A stretch of DNA of 64,000 bases from positions 34,782,001 through 34,846,000 of the forward strand of contig OX638162.1 of the NCBI GenBank assembly GCA_951804945.1. Direction: 5' to 3'. Within the stretch, counting starts at the first letter, position 1, and every line of letters starts with the position of its first letter. Of this stretch, positions 11,793-22,530 are shown piece after piece. Position numbers and translations under genes: made by a program. This stretch comes from Podarcis cretensis (lineage: Eukaryota). The notes under the pieces are model-generated. The model was not told the origin of the DNA, ran no database searches, and saw only the letters and a list, made by a program, of their open reading frames with translations.

Positions 11793-12330
11793 CAAGAACA
11801 TGAGAAGAGCCTTGTTGGAGCATCCTGTTCTCACAGGAGCCAACCAGATGTCTATGGGAAACTTGCAAGCAGGGCCTGCACACAAGAGCACACACACACT
11901 GTGGCTTTCAGTAACTGATATTCAGAAGCATTATGACCTCTGACAGTGGAGGCAGAGCATAACCATAATAAATAGTAGCTATCAATAGCCTTATCAATAC
12001 TCTGGATTTGTCAAATCTCTTTTAAAGCCATGCAGGTTTGGACCATCACTGCCTCCTGTGGGAGTGAGTTCCATGCTTTAACTATGCACTGTCATTTATC
12101 TGTTGTGAATCTTTCGACATTCATACTCCTAGAGGCACATGAGTTCTAGTGTTAAGAAAGAGGGCGAAAAACATGTATTTACTCACTTTTTCCATGGCAT
12201 GCACAATTATATAAATTTCTATCGTGTCACATCTCACTCACCTTACTCTAAACTAGTAAGTCCTGAATGCTGCAGCCTTTCCTCATTCCCTTCATCATTT
12301 TGATTGCCACTTTCCTACTCCAACTTTGCA
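11793..12330 (-). mobile_element. CR1 LINE 3' fragment
   Basis: Typical CR1 3' sequence in reverse (CTCTTTTAAAGCCAT...GGGAGTGAGTTCCA...TTAACTATGC), shared with other copies in the window. Confidence 0.75.
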
Positions 12331-12332
12331 TA

Positions 12333-12684
12333 AAAAGGTAAAGGGACCCCTGACCATTAGGTCCAGTTGTGGCCAACTCTGGGGTTGCGGCGCTCATCTT
12401 GCTTTATTGGCCGAGGGAGCAGGCGTATAGCTTCTGGGTCATGTGGCCAGCATGACTAAGCAGCTTCTGGTGAACCAGAGCAGCGCACGGAAACACCATA
12501 TACCTTCCCGCCAGAGCGGTACCTATTTATCTACTTGCACTTTGACGTGCTTTTGAACTGCTAGGTTGACAGGAGCAGGGACCGAGCAACGGGAGCTCAC
12601 CACGTCACAGGGATTTGAACCGCCAACCTTCTGATCGACAAGCCCTAGGCTCTGTGGTTTAACCCACAGCGCCACCCACGTTCC
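12333..12684 (-). mobile_element. Sauria SINE
   Basis: Same family as 9827, with an imperfect TSD tccaactt... It is inserted at the edge of a CR1 fragment. Confidence 0.92.
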
Positions 12685-13059
12685 TCCAACTTATCATGTT
12701 TTATATAGACCACTGGTAATCTGGTTACCTATAATATCAAACTAAGGAGTGGAGGGGGGGAGGTAAGAGTGTCTTCACTACATTTCCACAGCAGATTATT
12801 AGTCCTAGGAAGCAGGTGGTGGGAAAGATTCTCCTTCTCATTTGGCAGGAAAATAGGCTAATCAAGTTGATTGATTACAATGTGGATGAATTATTTGCTA
12901 CTGGATAAGGTCTGCATGATAAAAGCAAGCTTAATCCAGACGTAACAAAGGTGTTGCCCTCCAGTTGACACCTGCTGCAATATATTGGTCTAATTCAAGG
13001 ACGGGCAACATGATGCTTTTCAGATGCTGATGGACTACTACGCCCATCATTTATGACTA

Positions 13060-13348
13060 CAGTGGTGCCTCACAAGATGAAATTAATCTGTTCCGCGAGT
13101 CTCTTCATCTTGCGAAGCACAGCTATTAGCGGCTTAGCGGCTATTAGCGGCTTAGTGGCTATTAACGGCTTAGCGGCTTAGTGGCTTTAAGAAAAAGGAA
13201 ACAAACTTGCAAGAACTCACAAGACGTTTCGTCTTGTGAAGCAAGCCCATAGGGAAATTCATCTTGCGAAGCACCTCAAAAAACGGAAAACTCTTTCGTC
13301 TAGCGAGTTTTTCGTCTTGCGAGGCATTCGTCTTGCGGGGCACCACTG
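13060..13348. mobile_element. Tc1/mariner (Tigger/pogo-like) MITE
   Basis: TA|CAGTGGTGCCTCACAAGATGAA...TTCGTCTTGCGGGGCACCACTG|TA. It is inserted into a degraded palindromic hAT MITE (about 12996-13415). Confidence 0.9.
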
Positions 13349-13515
13349 TATTGGCTGTGTTTAATGGGAATTGAAGACCAACAATATCTGCGAGGCCACA
13401 GGTTCCTCATCTCTGGTCTAATCCAAAGGCACAATCCTGCACATTTTAAGTTTCATAATCATTTCATAGATAGATGAAAGATAGATAGATGATATAGATA
13501 GACAGACAGATGATA

Positions 13516-13992
13516 NNNNNNNNNNNNNNNNNNNNNNNNNNNNNNNNNNNNNNNNNNNNNNNNNNNNNNNNNNNNNNNNNNNNNNNNNNNNNNNNNNNNN
13601 NNNNNNNNNNNNNNNNNNNNNNNNNNNNNNNNNNNNNNNNNNNNNNNNNNNNNNNNNNNNNNNNNNNNNNNNNNNNNNNNNNNNNNNNNNNNNNNNNNNN
13701 NNNNNNNNNNNNNNNNNNNNNNNNNNNNNNNNNNNNNNNNNNNNNNNNNNNNNNNNNNNNNNNNNNNNNNNNNNNNNNNNNNNNNNNNNNNNNNNNNNNN
13801 NNNNNNNNNNNNNNNNNNNNNNNNNNNNNNNNNNNNNNNNNNNNNNNNNNNNNNNNNNNNNNNNNNNNNNNNNNNNNNNNNNNNNNNNNNNNNNNNNNNN
13901 NNNNNNNNNNNNNNNNNNNNNNNNNNNNNNNNNNNNNNNNNNNNNNNNNNNNNNNNNNNNNNNNNNNNNNNNNNNNNNNNNNNNNNNNNNNN
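13516..13992. other. Assembly gap (N run) following a (GATA)n tract
   Basis: 477 Ns. Confidence 1.
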
Positions 13993-14414
13993 TTTTATAA
14001 TGGATAAAAGTAGATCCCATCAGTGGGTGTTGTAGTCAGGGGAAACCTGAGTTGAGAAGTCCATCATCAACCAGTCATCCCACACTCCTTATTCATCATT
14101 AATTGATCAAATCAAGCTTGCAATAATATTTTCTTTTGTTTTTATTGTTGTTTAGCAGGAACAATGTGGTTGGAGGAAGACCCACATTATTCACCCTGTC
14201 ATCCCACAGGCTATGCAGTCACACCATCCCTATTATCATCACCACAACAGAGATTGGCATGGGGGTTGAGATGATGCAAAATATATCCAGCCTGAGTCCA
14301 ATGGATAATTCAATTGTCTTGCAGAATTGGTAACGGGGAGAAATATACCAGACACAAAGAAATATTTCTTCTTAAATGGCCAAAGGAGAACAAAGGGAAC
14401 AGAAACTCTTGGGT

Positions 14415-14527
14415 TGCTGTTTTTCTTTTGATTATATATTTTGTGGTTATATATTTTGATTTTGTTCTGTGAGCCACCCTGAGACCTCTGGGTATAAGGC
14501 AGTATAAAAATTCAATGAATAAATAAG
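14415..14527 (+). mobile_element. L2-type LINE 3' terminus
   Basis: TGTGAGCCACCCTGAGACC...GGCAGTATAAAAATTCAATGAATAAATAA. Similar termini occur at about 48070-48157 with an (ATT)n tail and about 10585-10830 (minus). Confidence 0.55.
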
Positions 14528-14944
14528 TCACCCCTTAGTTATTTGGTAGTGGAAGACTCTGTCCTGGCTCTCACTTGATAATGAACTCCAGTGATGTTTC
14601 CCCCCCAAAAGCTTTAATGCTCAGATCAGTGTGATACATATGCAAAATGCTGTTCAAAGGCACAGCAGGTAACACACATTGCTACACATTGCACAGCAGG
14701 TGATAAGGCTACTCAAGTGAAGACATTCATCCAACAATGGTAAACAACAATGAATGGGGCGAGCACAGATTAGTGCAGCAGGCGGTTCTATTCCTTAGAC
14801 TGGGCAAGCTATCCAACATTCTGTCTGGAAGGCTGGTGAACCTACTCCACCTATTCATACTTCTGTTTTCTTTCATCAGAAGCAGTCCTCTCACTCCTGC
14901 TGGATGAACACCAAAGGTTCATCTGGTCCATCTAGTCCATTATC

Positions 14945-15317
14945 CAGGGCTGGTCCAATACATTTTGGGACCTGAAGCAAAGCACAAAATGGCACTGGTG
15001 CTAGCTCCCCACTAGGAAACAAGGAATGAGTGAATATCTACATTGGGAATAATGGAGGAATGAATATCTACATCAGGAACAAGAGTGGAAGAAAGCCAGC
15101 ATCACCTCCTATTCACTAAGAGTCTTCTGTAGAATGGCAATGGGCAGGGGCTGCCAAGGAGGAGACAGATCGGTCTCCAAGGAACATGCCACAGCTGTCA
15201 CTGCCACTGCAGCAGCAGTGGCCAATGCATACCTTTGTGGCCAGATCAGACAGAGGACTTTGGGTCCTGCTGCCTGAAGCTGTTGCCTCACCTTGCCTCA
15301 TGGGTGGGCCAGCCCTG
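14945..15317. mobile_element. hAT (Tip100-like) non-autonomous element inserted in a CR1 fragment
   Basis: Termini CAGGGCTGG...CCAGCCCTG with degenerate 8-bp flanks CCATTATC/CCACCATC. Contains the internal direct repeat TGAATATCTACAT. Confidence 0.65.
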
Positions 15318-15771
15318 CCACCATCCTATTATTGTAGTACCCAACCAGATGCTTATGGGAAACCCACAAGCTAAACCTGAGTGCAGAAGCACTCTCCCCA
15401 CTTCAATACATCATCTGCACATCAACAGGGTCACACTCCTTCTGTCCTTCTGTCAGTAAAGGTCATCCCATAGGCCAATGAGCAGATTCCTGTTCCAATA
15501 CCAGGTCAAAAGCCTAACTGAAATGGCTATAATAAATCAGTGCCATTCAACAGTGCCTGAAATTGGCCAGTAATGATAATCTGTTCAAGCAATTTAACCA
15601 GGAAGGGGTCTATAGTTGTCATCATAGGTCCAGAATAGTTCCCCCCCCCCCCGGAACAACCTTATCACTGCCACTTTCAAAGAGTTTGGGTAAACTCCAT
15701 CTATCAAGGAGAAATTTAGCCACCTCCTGGACTCAAGACAGACACTCCCGCCCCTATTTGATGCAATAAGT

Positions 15772-16020
15772 CTGTGGTTCCCAAACCTTTTTGGGTCTTT
15801 GGTTCCATAAACTCATCCTCAGTGCCCCCTACCCTACCCTATTTAAAAACAACAACAATGACCACACATTATTCAGAATAGTGATTTGCACAGCCTACTA
15901 AAAAATATAATAACAAAATAAAATTCAAAACAGTAACAATTAATTGCACATTTACTCAAAATCTATTTTGTTGAATTAATTCAACAAAATGATGGACTTG
16001 ATCCAGTGATACCAATTTCA
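15772..16020. mobile_element. Truncated hAT-Charlie-like fragment
   Basis: Begins CTGTGGTTCCCAAACC, matching the termini of 42073-42300. The second terminus was not found. Confidence 0.45.
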
Positions 16021-17971
16021 GCTGCTTGGCTGAACTTGCCCAAGTACTTTGTTCACATTGTAGTTTTAGAATTTTTGCTGCAACAGGTGAAAACCGGAGG
16101 ACCTCCCCAGAATTTCCCCAGGGAATTCCACTTGACCTGACGAATATTTGCCAATGACAACATTCAGAGCAAAGTTTTGGGGTTGCTTCTCAAAAGTATT
16201 TTCAGGGAGATGTACTGGGAATCAAAAAATAAAGTTGCATTTTTATTACTGTTTTTTTGCGAGTGTGACATTTTCACATTTATTTATTTTTGCTTAGGAC
16301 CAAACTCTGCAGTTTCTGGAGGCCTTTTCAGAGAAAAGGTACTGCTCAGAGAACACCTGAGAGAACATAATTTGGGGCTGGGGGGCTGGGGAGAAATGTG
16401 CAAGAAAAGTCCTCAAGAATTCACACTGTTCATCACTCTCCAATCAGCATAAAACTAGACAGGTAATGCAATGTCAATAGTGCCCTTGCCCATACATCAC
16501 TGTTAATGTGTACCAAGCCTGATCTGGTGGGACCCTGACAGATCCACACACTACACTATGCTTGATCCTTGGCTGCTCTGCTGAGACGGACGACTAGGGA
16601 GCCAATTAGTGTCAATTGCAGTCGGGTTCATTTGTTAGTGACTGGACTTAGCCTTCCGATTTATATCACACACACCACACATACACACACAGCAAAATGA
16701 AATGACCTGTACTGGATTTGAATTGGAAAACTCGGAGGTGAAAAAGGCTTTCGTTTAATGACAATGACTGAGCTGGAGAGATTAGTTGGGGCCCTTTCTT
16801 ACAAAAGGAACAATCAATGTTTCCACCTTCCTTGTTCCAATTTGGAATGTCAAACTAATAACGGTAGTAGGCTGATGCCTTTAACGAGGTGCTGGACCTG
16901 CCAGTTATTTTCAAGGGTGGGGGAAAAGTACAGTAGGACAGGCAGACCTGCTGTTCATTCCTGAAAGTCCAGTGGCATCATTTTTTAAAAGGGAGAGGGA
17001 GAAAGAGAGTATGGTTAAAAAAAAAAAAAAGAGTTTTGCAGGTTGTGGGAACTGCAGGACAGGAGACACTTCAACAGGAATAAAACACACGGTACTGGCT
17101 GAAGCTATCAGCCAGCTCCTGTCATGTGCCCCCATAGTCTGGTATGCAGCGATATATTGCATCCATAGGGACATGATTTATACTGACTCACACCATTGGT
17201 ACAGCTCATTCAGTATTCCAAATATTGACTGGCAGTGGCAGTGCTTTCAGGCAGGAGTCTTCTCCCCATCCTACCCAGGGAGCCAGGGGTTAAACTTGGA
17301 CCTTCTAAGGAAGAGAAGATGTTCTGCCACTGGGCTACAGGCTTTCCATGTTTGTGGAAATCTTTTTTTCTTCTTGTTGCTAATAACCATCAATAGATTT
17401 ATCCTACATGAATTTGTCTGTCAAAGCAGGTAGGTATTGCTCTCACAACTGTAATGTAATTAAAAATTGTGCAAAGAAGTACTTCCTGTGATCAGTCCTG
17501 GATCTTTTGTTAACAACATTTCACATAGAGCTTCTCAGCACTTTTGGTTTATGGAATGTCTGACCAATATACTATTTATCTTCTGTGGTTGCTCCTGTAG
17601 GAAAGGGGTGGGGAATCTGCAGCCCTCTATATCTTTCTGGACTCTGTCTCCCATCTCCATCTTCCACAGGCAGCATGGTCAGCATTAAGAACAACGGGAG
17701 AATGGGAGTTGTAGTCCAGCAATATCTGGAGGCCACAGGTTCCCTAATCCTGCTGCAAATGGATATTTAAATGCTTAAAACAAAAACAGCCCTAATGTGT
17801 CTCATAAGAAAACTGATGTGTATAAAGCTTGGTCATTGGCCCATGGAGCTCAATAATGTCTACAATGGCTGACAATAGCTCTCCAGAATTTCAGACAGTA
17901 GCATTTTTCTTTCTCCTGCCCCTGGAGATACCAGGAATTGAACCTGGGCTCTTCTGCATGCAAAATATGTA

Positions 17972-18326
17972 CAGTGGTGCCTCGCAAGACGAAATTAATC
18001 CGTTCCGTGAGGTTCTTCGTATAGCGGTTTTTTTGTCTTGCGAAGCAAGCCCATTGACAGCTTAGCGGATTAGCGCTATTAGCGGTTTAGCGGCTTTTAG
18101 CGATTAGCTGTTAAGCGGCTTATCAGCGGATCAGCTGATAAGCGGCTTAGCGGCTTAGGAAAAGGGGGGGGAAGGGAAAAAACCCCGCAGGAACTCGCAA
18201 GACATTTTCGTCTTGCGAAGCAAGCCCATAGGGAAATTCGTTTTGCGAAGCGCCTCCAAAACGGAAAACCCTTTCGTCTAGCGGGTTTTCCGTCTTGCGA
18301 GGCATTCGTCTTGCGGGGCACCACTG
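17972..18326. mobile_element. Tc1/mariner (Tigger/pogo-like) MITE
   Basis: TA|CAGTGGTGCCTCGCAAGACGAA...TTCGTCTTGCGGGGCACCACTG|TA. It is inserted into the tRNA-like head of a minus-strand SINE. Confidence 0.92.
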
Positions 18327-19444
18327 TACTCCACCACTGAGTCCTTCTCTAAAGCATGTGATATTAATTCACACACACATACAAGGTATATGGCAGAGAC
18401 TGACAAATTTGAATGCATTTAGACAAATGCAAGTTGCCGAGGTCATTGAAAAGGTGGAAACTCTATATAGTATCATGAAAGGGTTGTTCAGAAATTACAC
18501 TGAGCACAGGTACATGTTGTTTCTACAAATCTACAGTGTTTGTGTACACAAGTATACAGACCACATGCTCATTGAGCATGATGTGTGAATTACTGTATGA
18601 GTGTACAGCTCAACTTATTGTGTACACTTTAAATTTATGGTGTGATTTTGACTAGAGTCACATTCAGGGCAAACACACAGTATTTTCTTCCTGAGCCAAA
18701 GATCAGAAGCCCTCCACACCCCATCTTAGGCATGTAAAGTAACCAGATTGGCAGCTACATGTTATTTCAACAATGATGACAGGAGTGTCTTCCTGAGTGA
18801 GGCAGGCTGGTTCAGGTGGCTGAAGCAGCGGCGTCACTTTGCCTCATGGGAGGGCCGGTGCTAGTCACACTGTTTCCTTCAGTGTTGCTTTCTCTGCACC
18901 ATTTTGCTTCTTCATTGACATCGTGGTCCTCTGTCCCCTTTGCCTGCACTGCTTACTGATCAATCCTACCTGGCTGTGATGACCAATGCAATTTTCCTGA
19001 TGACACTGGCTTTGACACAATGCTGTCACAGACACATATAAGCATAATGTTGTGGGTCACTACAGCCAATCAAATTAAATGGCAATGAGGGCAAATGAGG
19101 CCAAGGGCAGTGAGGACAAAGGAGAAGAGGAGGAAATGGGTGTTGGAAAGAAGCATCTGCCAGAGAAACAAAAGGGCACGGACAACAACAAAACAACAGG
19201 AGAGTATATTTTTAGTAATTATTTCCACTGTATCAGATTTATTACTTCTGAAGTCAATGGGTTGTATTCAATCTTATGCCTACTCAGAGCAGATCCAGTG
19301 AAATTAATGAACATGACCTAGGTCCTAATTTCACATTTATTGTCTCCATGTATGACTTCTCCATAACGCTAGGTGCCAGCTTGTTTGCTTCCACACAACA
19401 CCATCTTTAATTTATTGTGTGTGTGTGTGTGTGTGTGTGTGTAT

Positions 19445-19604
19445 AATTGCTGTCAACTTTCAGATTTAAAAATAAGGGATCAGCAGCCTCACCTGTCCTG
19501 AGGTCAGTCTATGGGATATCTAAAAATCCGGGATAGCAGCGGGAAGCAGCGGGAAACGGCGCTGGAATAAGGGAATTTCCCGCAAAAAAGGGAAGGTTGA
19601 CAGC

Positions 19605-19608
<4 letters not shown>
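19445..19608. mobile_element. Short TIR element (probably a hAT-type MITE) between (GT)n and (AT)n tracts
   Basis: Inverted termini AATWGCTGTCAACYTT and a CpG-rich interior. The TSD is obscured by microsatellites. Confidence 0.65.

Positions 19609-19650
<42 letters not shown>
19609..19650. repeat. (AT)n microsatellite; a (GT)n tract lies at 19417-19442
   Basis: Read directly. Confidence 0.93.
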
Positions 19651-19657
<7 letters not shown>

Positions 19658-19941
19658 GACAGATGGTAGATAGATAGTTTGATTGTAGTAAAACCTCAAA
19701 GCATTTTACAAAACCATTTTTTTTGAAGGTGACCTACATTTGACTACTTAAATTATTGCTTCTATTTTTAAACAACAACAACCTGTGATAAAGTTTGTAT
19801 GATTGATATCAACTATGATGGGATAGGGAACATTTTCAGCCTGAGAGCCACATTCCTTCATGGGGAAGCTTCCAGGGGCCGTATGCCAGAGGGGATTATG
19901 GGCAGAGAAAAAAGTGGGCAGATCAATGGATGTGACTTCTA

Positions 19942-20252
19942 AGAACATAAAAGTGCCCTGCTGGATCAGGCCAGTGACCGAATTCATCCAGCACCTTGTA
20001 CTCACTGTGGCCAATCAGATGCCCCAAGGGGAAGCCCACAAGCAGGACCTGAGTGCAACATCACTTTCCCCACTTGTGATTCCCAGGAACTGGAATTCAA
20101 AGTCTTACTACCTCTGGTAGTGGAGGAAGAACACAGCCATTGTTGCAAGTAGCAGCTGATAGTGTTATTCCCTCCATAAATTTGTCTCAACCTCTTTTAA
20201 AGCCATCCTAGTTAGTGGCCACCACTCCATTTTGTGGAAATCAATTCCATAG
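19942..20252 (-). mobile_element. CR1 LINE 3' fragment
   Basis: Starts AAGAACATAA...CTGCTGGATCAGGCCA and is collinear with the 11793 copy. Confidence 0.75.
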
Positions 20253-20291
20253 AGTCAGCTAGAGTTCAGCCACACAACAGTCAGGTGTTCC

Positions 20292-20327
<36 letters not shown>

Positions 20328-21569
20328 CTCCATTGTCCATCCACAGAAGCAACTTCACAGATCAAAGCCACGTTCCAGCTAGGAAGAGGCTCTAGTGGAG
20401 GATGCAAAACAGGGCTTGTGGGGGATGCAGCCTGGGAAGAAGGAATGTGGTCCAGGAATGGGGCTTGGGGCATGGCTTAGAGAAAGAGGCCTAGAGAACC
20501 ACATTTGGACCCAAGATTGAGGTTCACCACTCCTAAACTATAGTTTTCAGCAGTCCAAGTGTGACTACATATGGGTCCAAAGGAAGACTGAAACCTGTCA
20601 GCTGGGAAATGAGACTCTTAGCAGGGCTCACCATAAGTACATGCCTCCTGGTCTCACCTCTATGTCATAGAGATTTCCATAACCTTCATTTGAAGAACTG
20701 ACATGTTTTTCCTTTTCCTGAATTCCATTGCCTTGAAAGCACCGGATGAGTACTTTGCAAGCAGGTGAATAACAGGAGCATCTTAAAGCAAGTCTACTGT
20801 ATTGCAAAGACTAATTAAAAATACAAGATGGCTCTTTTCTCTTCCTTTCAAAATCCCTAGGTGACAGTTCATCATGCCAGCGGTATTTTCCTGTTATGAA
20901 AATCCTGACTCCTATTTTAAGGTTTTGTATTAAATCTGCTTTTCTTTACCAGCTCTTTGCACAAAGATCAAAACATTACAGAGGCCCCCTGCATACCTCA
21001 GGCAAATCAAAATTGCTATTTTCTTTCTTTCTTTTTGTTAAGCATGGTGTTATTTCTATTGACTTTCCTAATATTTCTATCACCAGATCCAGAGAAATGC
21101 AGTGCCAGCATTTATAAATCCAGTGCCACTTAATGACAAACGCCCATGGCTGTACAGTTACTCCAAAGCAAATCGCACAGCAACCAGCGATATTTACCTC
21201 TGAGTAAACATGATCAGGATCGGGTTATAAGTCATGGTAGCCAATGTGGTGTCCTCTAGATGTTGTTGGTCTACAGCTCCCATGACCATGCTGATGGAGG
21301 CTGAGGAGAGTTGTAGTCCAAAGAATTCAGAGGGTTGTGAATATTCTGTCAATTTAAGTTGCCATTCTTCTTTGGTTGGGAGTCACTCGTTTTCCATTTT
21401 TGGGCTAACAAAACATGGGCCACAGTAGGAAAATACATAAATAACCTTTGTGGACACCTGGGGAATTTCAGTCTGAATTATCCCCAATCTGAAAGGGCTC
21501 TGGATTTTTTTGGGAAACTACTTTTGATCATTTCCCCCAATTCATTATGGATGATTTCCCCCAATTCTC

Positions 21570-21882
21570 AACTTGCAGACTTAACATACAGAATAAGAGA
21601 ACAAGAAGAACGTATGTTCAAAGAAGGTTGAATTTATGGTTTATTGAATATATGGGAAATAATTGCGTGCAGCTGAAAATGCTGGCAGTATAAAGATAAA
21701 TTCAACAGCGTAAATAAGTTTTGATGGATGCAATAATGGAATACTGAACGGTATATTTTTTTGTAAAATATGCAGGGATTTATGATATGTAAAATGAACC
21801 ATGGAAAGAGAAGAAGGGGAGTCATTGATATCTTAAGGATGTAAAATGAGTATTTAAAATTGTAAAACAGAAAATTTAATAA
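21570..21882 (+). mobile_element. Short L1-clade 3' fragment
   Basis: It encodes LADLTYRIREQEERMFKE, which resembles the end of the L1 ORF2 at about 62360-62440, followed by a purine/AT-rich 3'UTR. Confidence 0.6.
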
Positions 21883-22131
21883 CGTTTACACACCCACACC
21901 CAAAGGGCATAATGTTGGCTTACCTCTGTTATGTGAGTACAAACAGAACCAAAATATCAATACATGAAAATAAAACACAACTGAGTGAGAGTGACAGTAA
22001 AGTACTTAGAATACACTGTCCAAGTTTTGGGGTTAGGTTGGATCCAAAACACCATGGGTAGAAGTGTAATGATCACTAGTACCACTGAACAACTGATGAA
22101 TAGCTGATGCAGTGCGGTAGTAAATTGGCTA

Positions 22132-22530
22132 GAGAAAATGTTTTCTCTCCCTCCCTTATAACACCAGAATTAATGGAAATCCAATGAAGCTTAATGTTGG
22201 AAGATAAAGTACTGCTTCACATAGAGCATAGTTAAACTATGGAACTCACTCCCACAAGAGGCAGTAGTGGTTATCCACCTACCAATGGTCAGTAATTGTC
22301 CCCTGCTAGAGGGTATGCTTCCGAATACCAGTTGCTGGAAACTGCAGGAGAGGAGAGTACTCTCGCACTTGGTTCCTGCTTGGGGGTTTCCCATAGTTGG
22401 CCCCGGTTGGCCTTGCATTGCAGAGGGTTGAACCCCATCCAACTCTACAATTCTATGATTCTATGATTCTATAATTCTATAATTCTGGACTAGGTGGGCC
22501 ATTGGCATTATCCAGCAGGCTTTCCCTATG
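22132..22530 (+). mobile_element. CR1 LINE 3' fragment containing a second very short CR1 terminus with an (ATTCTATG)n tail at about 22430-22486
   Basis: Reverse complement of the 11793/19942 family. The internal CCAACTCTACAATTCTATGATTCTATGATTCTATA is the canonical CR1 octamer tail. Confidence 0.75.

Noticed and set aside
13126-13186. Short regularly spaced repeats (TAGCGGCT arrays) superficially like a CRISPR array
   Set aside because: They are tandem units without unique spacers inside a MITE, in vertebrate DNA with no cas genes.
13418-14020. 165-200 aa ORFs (also 9102-9387)
   Set aside because: Artefacts of N runs.
16972-17433. 153-aa ORF and other 60-150 aa ORFs in the track
   Set aside because: They have no recognisable domains, and many overlap SINE/LINE remnants or simple repeats. 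Their lengths are as expected by chance.
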